DNA of 64,000 nucleotides from Macrostomum lignano (Eukaryota): NCBI GenBank assembly GCA_002269645.1, contig NIVC01003345.1, positions 39,157 through 103,156 on the forward strand, given 5' to 3'. Positions 36,523 to 52,217 of the stretch are shown here, piece after piece. The translations under genes and the position numbers were made by a program. The notes below the pieces were generated by a model. That model did no database searches and was not told the origin of the DNA. It saw only the letters and a program-made list of their open reading frames with translations. Each line of letters begins with the position of its first letter. Position 1 is the stretch's first letter.

Positions 36523-38254
36523 CTCTGAGGAACTGTGTGGCTGCGATCTGTGCGGAGATGCCGATGCTCGAAGCCCGTCTCTGCCGGAGCTGCAATTCAG
36601 AGCGGTAGGGACTTCGTCACTTTGTGATCCGAAATGGAAAGACATGAAAGGAAGGGAACTCTCCCCATTCTACCCTCTCCCCCGCCACGTCTACCCCAAA
36701 CTGACCCAGTTGCACCGCGTCATTTTTCTGTCGGTATCATCTTTCTGCGTTCCCAATTCTGCGTGCTTATTTGAGACGGTTTGGGAAATTAAACAAAACG
36801 GCGCGTTTTAAGCTGCCGAGTGTCAATGTACATCATGATTTAGAACTTGAATTTAAGACAACCAATTGATGATGGATTTAACCGAGTGAAAATGTTGCTG
36901 CTAAACGACATGACGTGCATGGTTAAATTTACACTGATGAGCAATCCTTGGCTCATGAAAGATAGTGACCCAAAGCCTTCCAGGTCAACTTCCTAACATA
37001 CAAATTTTTCTTGATTTTTTCTCAATTCTTCCATTATCTCATTCAATTTTCTACTGGAGACCAGATACCAACAATTTCAACTATCACTGCATGGTCCTCA
37101 CTTCGGTAAAATAGATTTACAATAAAACAGTTTTTAGTTGCCTTATATATACCTAAACCGCTATCTAAGAGAGCAAGCTCCGTCCAGCCTCCAAAATCAT
37201 TATCAAAGGCTTCGAGCTTGTCCGCCTGGATCGCGCGGGCCTGCAACAAAGGAGCTTACAAAGTGACTTCCGATACTGGTGTGATGATGCTTTGGAAATT
37301 ATATATACAGGACCCCTGAACCATCAAGCTTCAGGGAAAGAATGACTCAAAAACAGGCTGGTTAATAGAAGCAAAGCCTGTTGTATATTTGAATATCGTA
37401 CGCAACGCGACGATGCCGTTAAACAATTGTTTGAACAGTGCACGCTTACAGATCAAACCGAACTCAATCGGTGCTGTTATCATTTAACACCGCAGTCTCA
37501 ACCAATTTTACCGGGTTTCGATTGGGGTTTTAGCTAAATCAAAATAAACAGTTTATTTTTATTATCGCTAGACTGCCTGGCAGGACCCATTGATTTCTGC
37601 CACTTGTACTGCAACTTTGCGCGACTGAACAATTTAAGGTGGATGCGCAAACCGGAGCGAAATACTAAAAAGCCGTAACAAAAAGGGTGGGTAGGCGGCC
37701 TCACCGGCTAAGACGAGCAAAGCCTAAAGGCCAGCCAATCGAAACGAAATTTGGTGTCAGAATTTAAACATTTCTCAGCTGTCTCAGAGACCGGCTTATT
37801 GGAACTTTACTGGGACAGCATTTTTGACGAATGCACGATGTCAAATGCTTCTACAATCTGACGCGCCAACTCGGAGTTTAAAGGTGCAATTTCTAGATGG
37901 TGGTGAAGCTGGTAGCAATTATTCTATTGCAAATATCTATGTAGCTAGGGATTTTCTCAAGTGCTAATGAACTGTACTGTCTTGCGCAATGTGAAAGATA
38001 GAGCTTGTAACAGGGACTACTGAGCACTCCCGACTATGCTCTATACTTTCATTTTTGAGCCGTCCTCTTTAAGTGTTCATGCGAAAAACCGCTAATCGGA
38101 GACACAAGCCCATAGATTTGAGATTTCATTACTAACACGACAACAAACAGCATGGTGTCAGAGGAACACAGCTAACGATTAACTCTTTAGCGCATACATC
38201 ATTCAGTCGCTATACAGCTAATAATCTAATTCAAAGCCGACGCTTCGATACACA

Positions 38255-38760
38255 TGGCTGGCTGATACAGGAGAGTTGAAGCCACCAGCATCCATCGTAT
38301 TCGATGAGAACAAATGAAGAAGTGGAAACATGAATTGCTGGTTTCGCACTCTCCCTCACAGCCGCGAAGCGAGATAATGAAAGCGACGAGCTGAAGACCG
38401 CCATTCTGCTCACAGCACTTGGAAGGTCTTTCAAGGTCAAAACAGCAGAAACAGAAAGATTCCTCGCAAAACGCCACGCTAACACCAAACTTGACTCGAT
38501 TCCCGAAAGCATGCAATTTTTTTCAAAATTCGACAATTAAGACAGCATATGAGCACTATGATTAAAGTGCATCGAAACAGGTTACTCGGAGGGCACCAAG
38601 TGATTCAGCCACCCAGCCGAAACTCTATATGACGGATTCTGATCAAGTTGTGAAGCTATCGGACAACTACAGATCGACCTAACTTTGGCAATTTGTGACT
38701 TCGCTAACTCAATAATTAGAAAGCTGACAATCACCGAACTATCAGTCTATAATATTCGTG
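38255..38760 (+). mobile_element. Decayed N-terminus of a second Ty3/gypsy gag (spacer C, copy 1); paralogs at ~48985-49490, ~56050-56510, ~59370-59870
   Basis: Frame-broken GELKPPASIVFDEN / MKKWKHE / DNESDELKTAILLTALG / LAICDFANSII, resembling gypsy gag N-termini (pattern recognition only). Confidence 0.45.
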
Positions 38761-39061
38761 CCTACTGTGCGCAGAATTTTATAAGCAAAAATTAAAATAA
38801 GTCAAACGAGAAGTAGCATAAGTGCCGAGTACTCGTACAGTACGCAATGTGACTACTGGAAAAAAACTGAAAACATTTGGCAGCAACAGCTCATCAGTGC
38901 ATCAACTTCCTCATGCATCCTAAAGGAAAGATTCAAGACAAAGCATAATTACATAGAAACAAAAAGCTGTTAAACGATTGCAAGTACTCGTACACTGAAA
39001 ACGCCTGGAGCACAGAAAAACAAAGATCGTGTGTCCATTTCTACAATCACGGTGCGCAAAG

Positions 39062-40359
<1,298 letters not shown>

Positions 40360-42356
40360 CTCTGAGGAACTGTGGGGCTGCGATCTGTGCGGAGATGCCG
40401 ATGCTCGAAGCCCGTCTCTGCCGGAGCTGCAATGCGGAGCGGTAGGAACTTTGTCACTTTGTGATCCGGAATTGAATTATACTTTCAATTTTTCAGGAAA
40501 AATACATTCACCCTACATGAGGACCTAAATGATTAAAGAACGTAGAGAAAACATTTGGTGCCATAGTTGAAACATTTCTCAAAAGAGCATTAGGCACTCC
40601 TTTCAGGGGTGGCAATTTTGGTCCTACTCGTACTGACAGACCGATTTATTGGGACATTACTGCGGCACAATGTGGTCTAAGCTGTGTGCACGGAATAGGT
40701 CGATATGAACTGTAGAAGCAAATCTTTAGCCCTGTAACTCTTTGTGGCTGAATTTAAATAATCGAAATTTACGCAGGCCCAAGCCTACGAGATCTCACAC
40801 ATCAAATGAGTTTGTGTGTTGGTAAACATGTTGTTTTAGTAAACCTGGCCAAGGTACAATAGCTGTAATGCCCATGCTTTGCAGTCGTTAATGAAAATAT
40901 CATTTTCCACAGACGCAAGTTGTCTGGTGCTTCTCCAGTCTGACGCGCAATTTAGAATTCCAAGGTGCAAATTAACAGCTGGCTAAGGATATTCTTGGTT
41001 ATTTTCTTATTCTTATTCTTAGAGCTTGAGTCACACCAGCTGACTGGCGCCAGGGAGCTAAGTACTCATATAAATGCTTTTGAGAAATGTTTCACACAAA
41101 AATTGAAATTCCAACTCCATTACTCCATAGCTTATTTCTCCGTGGAAATATATGAAGAGGACACTATGAAAACAAATTCATTCTCTAATAAGAAGCCATC
41201 TAATAATTAAAAAAAGTATATTATAAGGGTATTAACTTGGAAATTAGAGAATGGTAGAGAAAATGAGATCAGATGAGTTGCCGCACAGTTATCAGGGTGG
41301 CTAGGGTGAGTCATGGTGAGGAAGGTCTCGAAGAAGCAACAAAACGGGACAGAGCACCTGTCTAAAATGAGTAAAAGCAAAAAGAACATTCCTCCAGGTG
41401 TTGGCATCTTCCTGTGAAACAGACTGCTGAAGAGCAGTGTGTTCAGACGTCATGCACTTGCACAAGCAAACTCAAAGGGGCAGTGATTTGGCTTACAACC
41501 AGTCGGATGTCATGGCAGGCATGAAGATCTGCATTCAAGCGGCAACACACGTGAAGCATTTCATGACAGGCAAAATGCGTTGCGGAGAAGCTCAGTGCGG
41601 GAAACACTCCATAAGCGGCTCGTCTGCAGGTCCCCGGACTCTGCGGCAAGTCTTCGGCCAGCCCTGCGCTTCTCTGGCTCGCTGCCGCTCCGCTACCCGC
41701 CTCAATGCGATGCCTCAGCAGAGAACTGCTGCAGCTGAAGCACTGAACCAACTTACTCAACTGACTGAATACCCGCTGGTGAGGATTTAACTGACTAAAT
41801 GCCCATGAAAACAGCTGCACTCGACAGTTAACAAGCTACATGGCCTATTATAATCAAAACCAAAGAATCAAAACATCAAGACAAAGATTAAAACTAACAA
41901 ACAGTTAAAATTTGCAATTGCACTAGTGTAACTTATAAATGCAAGAACAACACGTTTTGGGATTAAATTTCAGTCTAAAGCATTTACAAGTCGCACAATG
42001 CAGACAATAATTGATTAGAGCTAATTATAGCTAAAGAAATACGTGGAAAGCAACCGAAAACTTTAGTAGCAAAAGTGAAAAACTGGTCTAGCAGTACGTT
42101 GAGAAAGTGCTTGATTGAAAAAATGCTGCAAATCGATGTATTTTGAGACTGACCGCTCAATGGACGATGTAACCAACTGGTAATTGCATCAGCTTTCGTA
42201 TACATTATTACACGAAAATTCAAGAGGGATCATAAATACGCGTAGATAAAAACGCACTTAAAGGATTGCCAGCAGCTCAAAAACACCTGGCGCACAGTAA
42301 GCACCCAGACGCGGTGGTTCACTTCTGCAGTCACAAGAAGCAAAGTTGAATATTCG

Positions 42357-43265
42357 TTACACAATGTGCAGCCTGAAGTGCCTCTTCAGATGGCTGCCTT
42401 GATTGAATCTCCTGCCACACACATTGCACTTAAATGGCTTTTCTCCTGTGTGCACCAATGAGTGCGTAGTCAGGTGAACTTTCTGTTTGAATTGCTTGCC
42501 GCACACCTTGCACTCAAATGGCTTTTCTCCTGTGTGCAGACTTGAGTGGGAAGAGAGATTGCTTGCTTGATTGAATCTTTTGCCGCAAACCTTGCACTCG
42601 AAAGGCTTTTCTCCTGTGTGAAGCCTAGAGTGCTTAGTGAGGCTGCTGCTGTCACTAAATCTCTTGCCGCACACCTTGCACTCAAATGGCTTTTCTCCTG
42701 TGTGCAGCCTTGAGTGGGAAGAGAGGCCCCATGCTTGACCGAATCTCTTGCCGCACACCTTGCACTCGAATGGCTTTTCTCCTGTGTGCACTCTAGAGTG
42801 TGTATTGAGGTCGCTGCTGAAACCGAATCTCTTGCCGCACACCTTGCACTTGTGCGGTTTCGCCTTCTTGTGCACTGCACTAATGTGAGCCTTTAAGTAG
42901 CCTTTTCTGGTGAACTTCTTCTGGCAAGTGTTGCACTGGAACGCCCTCTCGACAGCCTGAGCTTGACGTTGCCGTGTTGCAGCATTGTTCAAAGCTCGGG
43001 TCTTCTCGGCTGACTCGCACTCCGGACTCTTCGTCACTGCAGAACTGCCGGCTGCACACGGCTGCATCGCTGACTCATTGCGAGACTCGACCTGCTCGAC
43101 CGCCGCCGCTCTGCCAGCTTCTGAGTTGGTCGCAGCCGCCTCCTCTGGCTCCGAGTCGCAGCCGATACCGTGTGACCGCACATGACGCAAGTACTGCGCC
43201 GCTGCCGATCGGGTGCGGCAGAACCGCCTGGGACAAAAGGGGCAGGCGACAGAGCCCGGGCGCAT
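42357..43265 (-). CDS. C2H2 zinc-finger protein Z5 (atypical N-terminal finger plus 7 fingers)
   Basis: Open ORF; the predicted non-coding first exon upstream is deleted. Confidence 0.85.
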   Translation of the reverse strand: MRPGSVACPFCPRRFCRTRSAAAQYLRHVRSHGIGCDSEPEEAAATNSEAGRAAAVEQVESRNESAMQPCAAGSSAVTKSPECESAEKTRALNNAATRQRQAQAVERAFQCNTCQKKFTRKGYLKAHISAVHKKAKPHKCKVCGKRFGFSSDLNTHSRVHTGEKPFECKVCGKRFGQAWGLSSHSRLHTGEKPFECKVCGKRFSDSSSLTKHSRLHTGEKPFECKVCGKRFNQASNLSSHSSLHTGEKPFECKVCGKQFKQKVHLTTHSLVHTGEKPFKCNVCGRRFNQGSHLKRHFRLHIV

Positions 43266-43509
43266 CTCTGAGAAACTGTGGGGCTGCGATCTGTGCGGAG
43301 ATGCCGATGCTCGAAGCCAGTCTCTGCCTGAGCTGCAATGTGGAGCGGTAGGGACTTCGTCACTTTGTGATCCGGAAATGAAAGACATCAAAGGAAGTGA
43401 ACTACACTTATAGCTAGCCTTCCTTCAACTGAAAAACAAGGGCGTCACTGTCTTGAGGGAACCTGCGGGAGTCGCCCTTGACTGAAGGAATTTCTGAGGC
43501 ATTTAGCGG

Positions 43510-44135
43510 ATTGAAGCCGTCTGCAGAAAATTGGACATGAAAGACGAGAAGGTTGACGTAGTCTTACTCAAGATTGACTTTTTAATCCTCATGGCGGTAG
43601 CCGCGTATGACAAATTAGGGAACTTCTTGGTCACTCCGGTGAAGTTAGAGGTCAACGCATTCGAGAATCTAGAGGATGAAATCAAGTAGTTTGTCACCTC
43701 ACAAAAACTTGTGCCTGAGCGTCACAGGTTTGACGAAGCGAAGCAAGACGAGTACCCATAAGCATATTTTGAGAACCGACTGCGAGACTGCGACAGATAT
43801 GGCATTTGAATACATTCTGCAAGAAGCTCTAAGAGACCAGTTTGTAGCCGGACTGTGCAATGCCTCCGTGGTGAAAGAACTGGTTATTAAAGACCCGTTA
43901 ACATTGATACTTGCGGTGGAGACTGCTGCAGCGCAAAAGCAAGTCAGTAAGAGTGCCTTGACATCAAGGAAAGTTGGAAGCAGTCAATTTAACAAAGGAC
44001 AAAATGCGACATCAAAGTAGTGCTCAAGGCCAAATGCGCATTTCGGGCAAGGCGTGCAGTTTTTTAATGAAGAAGCATCTGCCAGAGTCATGCCTGGCAT
44101 GTGGAGCCAAGTGTCGAAACTGTGAGAGAATTACT
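43510..44135 (+). mobile_element. Ty3/gypsy gag fragment (spacer B, copy 2; protease part deleted)
   Basis: Near-identical to 32770-33390. Confidence 0.7.
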
Positions 44136-44399
44136 TGAAGGACTTGGGAGCTGAGCATGCATAAGTGCCTCTGAGAAATGTTTTACACAACAGCAATCGC
44201 ATTTACCACTCTATAGTTTACGAGTATTCGGCAGGTGAAATTTAAATATGAGAATGGCTGTGTTTGGAACACTATCAAAACAATTTCATTTTTTACTAAG
44301 TTATCTAATAATTAAAAATCATCTAAAAAGGTAAATTCTAAAAAAGTTCAATGGTTCAAAGTTCTAAAAAAGTGGCAGGGTGACTGGTAGAGTGGCAGT

Positions 44400-44765
44400 G
44401 GAGTCCTAGGGTGGCTAAGGAGAGTCTTAGGGTGGGTTGGGTGAGTAAAAGGGTGGCTAGGAAGAGTCTTAGGGTGGGTTGGGTGAGTAAAAGGGTGGCT
44501 AGGGAGAGTCTTAGGGTGGGTTTGGTGAGTAAAAGGGTGGCTAGGGAGAGTCTTAGGGTGGGTTGGGTGAATAAAAGGGTGGCTAGGGAGTGTCTTAGGG
44601 TGGGTTTGGTGAGTAAAAGGGTGGCTAGGGAGTGTCTTAGGGTGGTTTGGGTGAGTGATGGGGTGGCTAGGAAGAGTCTTAGGGTGGTATGGGTGAGTGA
44701 TAGGGTGGCTAGGGAGAGTCTTAGGGTGGTTTGGGTGAGTGATAGGGTGGCTAGGGAGAGGAGAC
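44400..44765. repeat. G-rich TTAGGG-containing minisatellite (spacer B, copy 2)
   Basis: Visible. Confidence 0.9.
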
Positions 44766-45815
44766 AGCTGCATTCCACAGTTTACCTGTGAAGAAACTGG
44801 GGTCGGTCCGGGTGCCCAACCCAAGTACTATAAAAAAGTGGAAAAGGCGCAGTGACGCTTTGTGAAACAGTAACACGATCTGGCGTGATGAAGTTCAGAA
44901 GTTGCGTTACGTGTGTTCTCTGTCTGTACCAGCAGCTTGCAAAATATACGGAACTCTTGACATATCAAGCTATCAACCCTAAACTATTGCTGCTGGTATC
45001 TTTTATACCGCAGTGTCAACTAATTTTACCGGACTTTGATCGGTGCTTCGGTCAACTCAAGAAAGTCAAGTTTACCTCTAAGATGCGCACAATAAAAGCT
45101 GCAAAGCGAGCCAATCGAAACGGCGCAAGCAGTGTGAGACCCTCCTGCCCTGACAGACCCCCGAGGGCCCATGCACTACACGTGGTTTGTTAAAATTAAT
45201 ATAAAAAATCAACAAATCCAGGCAAACATTAAAAAATAACAAGTGAAGATTGCAATGCCGCAATTGTAATTCAAAAATACATGAAGAAAAGCAAGTTTTG
45301 AGATCAAATTTTAGCTTGGCGTTTACAAAACTCAATCGCGGAGACACTATAATAACAATGATTACAGAAATTCTTGTAGAAGTTAAAATAAGTCAAACGT
45401 AAAATATGGGTGCTGACTCGCTGAGTAATACAGAAAACAAAGAAATACTCTTAAGATGCAAACAAAAAATTGAAACCTTTGGCAGCAACAAGAAAGTGAA
45501 ACACTTTCCTGTCTAGAATGTCCTGTGAATGTCATGTGTCCCGTTAATGTCCTGTCTAGCAGTACAGTCAATAAAGGTGCTTAATTAAAAGAGAAGATGC
45601 TTCAAACCAATCAGTGGCTACTCAGACTGACCAACTGACCATTGGTTCAGCTACGGTATGCATTACTTTTGGACAATTCAAGGATGATCATTAAAATTTA
45701 CAGACAAAAAAGGCTGTTAATGGATTGCCAGTGACTTAAAAACGCGTGGCGAACACTCAGAACTCTGACTCGGTAGTTCACTTCTGCAGTCAAGGAGGGC
45801 AAAGTTTAATATTCG

Positions 45816-46641
45816 TTACACAATGTGCCGATTAGCGTGCGTTTTTAGATGACTGCCTTGATTAAATCGCTTGCCGCACACCTTGCACTCAAATGGTTTT
45901 TTCTCCTGTGTGCACTCTAGAGTGAGTAGTGAGGTTGGAGATCTGGTTGAATCTCTTGCCGCACACCTTGCACTCAAATGGTTTTTCTCCTGTGTGCACC
46001 CTGGAGTGCTTAGTGAGGTTGCTGCTGTCACCAAATCTCTTGCCGCACACCTTGCACTCAAATGGCTTTTCTTCTGTGTGCACCCTGGAGTGCCTAATGT
46101 GGCTGCTGCTGTCAGTAAATCTCTTGGCGCACACCTTGCACTCAAATGGCTTTTCTCCTGTGTGCAGCCTTGAGTGGGAAGAGAGGCTGCATGCTTGACT
46201 AAATCTCTTGCCGCACACCTTGCACTTGTGCGGTTTCGCCTTCTTGTGCACTGCACTAATGTGAGCCTTTAAGTAGCTTTTTCTGGTGAACTTCTTCTGG
46301 CAAGTGTCGCACTGGAACGACCTCTCGACAGCCTGAGCTTGACGTTGCCGTGTTGCAGCACTGTTCAAAGCTCGGGTGTTCCCGGCTGTCTCGCACTCGG
46401 GACTCTTCGTCACTGCAGAACTGCCGGCTGCACACGGCTGCATCGCTGACTCATTGCGAGACTCGACCTGCTCGACCGCCGCCGCTCTGCTAGCTTCTGA
46501 GTTGGTCGCAGCCGCCTCCTCTGGCTCCGAGTCGCAGCCCATTCCGTGTGACCGCACATGACGCAAGTACTGCGCCGCTGCCGATCGGGTGCGGCAGAAC
46601 CGCCTGGGACAAAAGGGGCAGGCGACAGAGCCCCGGGGCAT
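45816..46641 (-). CDS. C2H2 zinc-finger gene Z6 (6 fingers); +1 in an A-run before the last finger (real frameshift or assembly error)
   Basis: Nearly identical to Z3 except finger 5; extra base at ~45900. Confidence 0.72.
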
Positions 46642-47665
46642 CTCTGAGGAACTGTGTGGCTGCGATCTGTGCGGAGATGCCGATGCTCGAAGCCCGTCTC
46701 TGCCGGAGCTGCAATTCAGAGCGGTAGGGACTTCGTCACTTTGTGATCCGAAATGGAAAGACATGAAAGGAAGGGAACTCTCCCCATTCTACCCTCTCCC
46801 CCGCCACGTCTACCCCAAACTGACCCAGTTGCACCGCGTCATTTTTCTGTCGGTATCATCTTTCTGCGTTCCCAATTCTGCGTGCTTATTTGAGACGGTT
46901 TGGGAAATTAAACAAAACGGCGCGTTTTAAGCTGCCGAGTGTCAATGTACATCATGATTTAGAACTTGAATTTAAGACAACCAATTGATGATGGATTTAA
47001 CCGAGTGAAAATGTTGCTGCTAAACGGCATGATGTGCATGGTTAAATTTACACTGATGAGCAATCCTTGGCTCGTGAAAGATAGTGAGCCAAAGCCTTCC
47101 AGGTAAACTTCCTAACATACAAATTTTTCTTGATTTTTTCTCAATTCTTCCATTATCTCATTCAATTTTCTACTGGAGACCAGATACCAACAATTTCAAC
47201 TATCACTGCATGGTCCTCACTTCGGTAAAATAGATTTACAATAAAACAGTTTTTAGTTGCCTTATATATACCTAAACCGCTATCTAAGAGAGCAAGCTCC
47301 GTCCAGCCTCCAAAATCATTATCAAAGGCTTCGAGCTTGTCCGCCTGGATCGCGCGGGCCTGCAACAAAGGAGCTTACAAAGTGACTTCCGATACTGGTG
47401 TGATGATGCTTTGGAAATTATATATACAGGACCCCTGAACCATCAAGCTTCAGGGAAAGAATGACTCAAAAACAGGCTGGTTAATAGAAGTAAAGCCTGT
47501 TGTATATTTGAATATCGTACGCAACGCGACGATGCCGTTAAACAATTGTTTGAACAGTGCACGCTTACAGATCAAACCGAACTCAATCGGTGCTTTTATC
47601 ATTTAATACCGCAGTCTCAACCAATTTTACCGGGTTTGGATTGGTGTTTTAGCTAAATCAAAATA

Positions 47666-48282
47666 TACTCAGCAACAGCTACCCCCCCCCCCCCAACTCA
47701 CGCCGTCACACGGCCCAAAAGTTTTGTATGCCATCGGTGACTCAGAAATGTGTGAAGGCTGCCGCCGCCAGACGCGAGCGCAAAGTGCGGCATGGGGGAT
47801 TTGGGGAGGGGGTGGCGCAACTCAACCCACTGGTGGCTGCATTGCGCAATGGTGCATTCGCACATTGAACTGGCCGTCAAAGTCTCCAGACATGAACACC
47901 TCCACGAGAAACTTAACTGCGAGAAAGAACTGTAAAAGGAAATTAGTCTATGGTAATTTATGACAAACTGAGTTGCAAATAAAAAGTACAACAAAATACC
48001 CATAACCCCATCGAGCATTTCTGGGACTTTGTAAAGCGAAGAGTTCAGCAGGATGCCCCACAGAATGCTGAGCAGTTGCGACTGGCGGTGCTGAATGCCT
48101 GGCAGCAGCTGCCTCAAGAGTTCATCAACCGGCTGGTTATCAGGATGCCACGACGAGTCACGGCACTTTTGCATGCTCGTGGTTCCTACACACGATACTG
48201 AGACTAGAATTAAAGACATTGCTTAACATTTGTGCCCGTGTGACAGCGTGAGTTGGGGGGGGGGTTTAGCTGTTGCTGAGTA
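47666..48282 (+). mobile_element. Internally deleted Tc1/mariner element, 617 bp
   Basis: ~55-bp imperfect TIRs (TACTCAGCAACAGCTA..C-run..AACTCACGC..TCACACGG); TA TSD; empty sites at 37541 and 58663; transposase remnants WPSKSPDMN and NPIEHFWDFVKRRV...MPRRV...ARGSYTRY. Confidence 0.92.
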
Positions 48283-49794
48283 TAAACAGTTTTTTATTTA
48301 ATTATCGCTCGACTGCCTGGCAGGACCCATTGATTTCTGCCAATTGTACTGCAACTTTGCGCGACTGAACAATTTAAGGTGGATGCGCAAACCCGGAGCG
48401 AAATACTAAAAAGCCGTAACAAAAAGGGTGGGTAGGCGGCCCCACCGGCTAAGACGAGCAAAGCCTAAAGGCCAGCCAATCGAAACGAAATTTGGTGTCA
48501 GAATTTAAACATTTCTCAGCTGTCTGAGAGACCGGCTTATTGGAACTTTACTGGGACAGCATTTTTGACGAATGCACGATGTCAAATGCTTCTACAATCT
48601 GACGCGCCAACTCGGAGTTTAAAGATGCAATTTCTAGATGGTGGAGAAGCTGGTAGCAATTATTCTATTGTAAAATATTTATGTAGCTAGGGATTCTCTC
48701 AAGTGCTAATTAACTGTACTGTCTTGCGCAATGTGAAAAAGAGCTTGTGACAGGGACTACTGAGCACTCCCGACTATGCTCTATACTTGCATTTTTGAGC
48801 CGTCCTCTTTAAGTGTTCATGCGAAAAACCGCTAATCGGAGACACAAGCCCATAGATTTGAGATTTCATTACTAACACGACAACAAACAGCATGGTGTCA
48901 GAGGAACACAGCTAACGATTAACTCCTTAACCGCATACATCATTCAGTCGCTACTCAGCTAATTCAAAGCCGACGCTTTGATACACATGGCTGGCTGATA
49001 CAGGAGAGTTGAAGCCACCAGCATCCATCGCATTCGATGAGAACAAATGAAGAAGTGGAAACATGAATTGCTGGTTTCGCGCTCTCCCTCACAGCCGTGA
49101 AGCGAGATAATGAAAGCGACGAGCTGAAGACCGCCATTCTGCTCACAGCACTTGGAAGGTCTTTCAAGGTCAAAACAGCAGAAACAGAAAGATTCCTCGC
49201 AAAACGCCACGCTAACACCAAACTTGACTCGATTCCCCAGAGCATGCAATTTTTTTCGACCTTCGACAATTAAGACAGCATATGAGCACTATGATTAAAG
49301 TGCATCGAAACAGGTTACTCGGAGGGCACCAAGTGATTCAGCCACCCAGCCGAAACTCTATATGACGCATTCTGGTCAAGTTGTAAAGCTATCGGACAAC
49401 TACAGATCGACCTAACTTTGGGAATTTGTGACTTCGCTAACTCAATAATTAGAAAACTGACAATCACCAAACTATCAGTTTATAATATTCGTGCCTACTG
49501 TGCGCAGAATTTTTTAAGCAAAAATTAAAATAAGTCAAACGAAAAGTAGCATAAGTGCCGAGTACTCGTACAGTACGCAATGTGACTACTGGGAAAAAAC
49601 TGAAAACATTTGGCAGCAACAGCTCATCAGTGCATCAACTTCCTCATGCATCCTAAAGGAAAGATTCAAGACAAAGCATAATTACATAGGAACAAAAAGC
49701 TGTTAAACGATTGCAAGTACTCGTACACTGAAAACGCCTGGAGCACAGAAAAACAAAGATCGTGTGTCCATTTCTACAATCACGGTGCGCAAAG

Positions 49795-50961
<1,167 letters not shown>

Positions 50962-52217
50962 CTGAGGAACTGTGGGGCTGCGATCTGTGCGGAGATGCCG
51001 ATGCTCGAGGCCCGTCTCTGCCTAAGCTGGAATGTGGAGCGGTAGACTATCTTAATCACTTGTTGGATCCGTTTGTAAACTGGGATTGAAAACATCAAAA
51101 AGAACTAAACTACAAGTATGCTTTCTGATTTTGAGAACATAAAGACGATAGCTGGGTTACATCAACAAATAAATAGACTAACTTTATATAAACATCTATG
51201 AAAGTGATACATGTAAATATAGAATGCATGCTATACTTGAATTTGCAACAGTCAATTTTCGATGAAGATTCAAGCGTGTGAAAATCTTGCTGCTAATCGA
51301 GAATGTGCCCGGGTACATCTGCTGTACCGATAAGAAATCCTTGGCACTCGTCAGAAGGGCCTGCCATTGCACTCTTACTCCTTTCAGCCGCGTCTACACC
51401 AAACTCACCCAGTTACATCCCTTCCCATTCTGTTTGAAGGGTCCCTCTGCTGCATTCCAAATGCTGTCTACCCGTTTCAGACGGCTCGGGAAATTAAAAA
51501 GGAGAACCCACTGCCCTAGACTGGGAGCTTAGCATGAATGCATTTAAGCAAAGCAAAAAAGTGAAATTCCAACTCCATAGCTTATTTTACTAATGAAACT
51601 AATGAACAAGAGGATTATGAAGGCAAATTCATTCTATAATAATAAGATTGTGCAGTCATCAGTGTAAGAGGCAACGTGTGCTGAGGGGCAGTCATGGAAA
51701 CGGTAATTTGGCTCAACCTGTTGACTGTCTTGGCAGCCATTAAAACCTACATTCTAGCTGCAACTCAACTCAACTTTTTTCCAAAGGACTCTGCGGCACG
51801 GCTCAGAGGTTCTCTCTGTCTCGCTGCGCTCTGCTGCCCGGCTTGATGCCCTGACAGCTGAGCAATCATGCCAATGACAACAGCTGCATTCGACATTTTA
51901 CGTGGCCTATTAAAATCTTTATATCAAAACAATTATACACACATCAAGACAAATATTAAAACAAAACATAGACTTCAATGCCACCGGTATAATTTATAAA
52001 AACAGCAAAATCAACTTCCTTTGGCAGCAACAGCTAACCAGTGCAACAACTTCCTAATGCATTCTTCAGAAAAATTTAACAAAAATCATTAATACAAAGA
52101 ACAAAAAGTTGTCAAAGATTGCGAATAAATTGAAAACGCGTGGAGCACAGGAAGAACAAATATCCGGAGTCTATTTCAGCGATCACGGAACACGAAACTG
52201 AATATTCTCTACAAAAC

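Noticed and set aside
36523-36645. Upstream MSFHFGSQSDEV.. N-terminal extension of the ZNFs
   Set aside because: Stop codon in Z2, absent in Z1/Z4/Z7/Z11, and it overlaps a predicted acceptor. The downstream ATG is the conserved start. Not fully excluded.
36934-36965. Second hammerhead candidate CTGATGAGC...GAAA (also ~47054 and ~58057)
   Set aside because: Stem II does not close next to GAAA, there is no stem III/UH site, and homologous positions in spacers B and D do not keep the core.
37043-37249. 68-aa minus-strand ORF repeated in spacer C copies
   Set aside because: Conservation is explained by recent duplication; no recognisable motif and the start is TTG.
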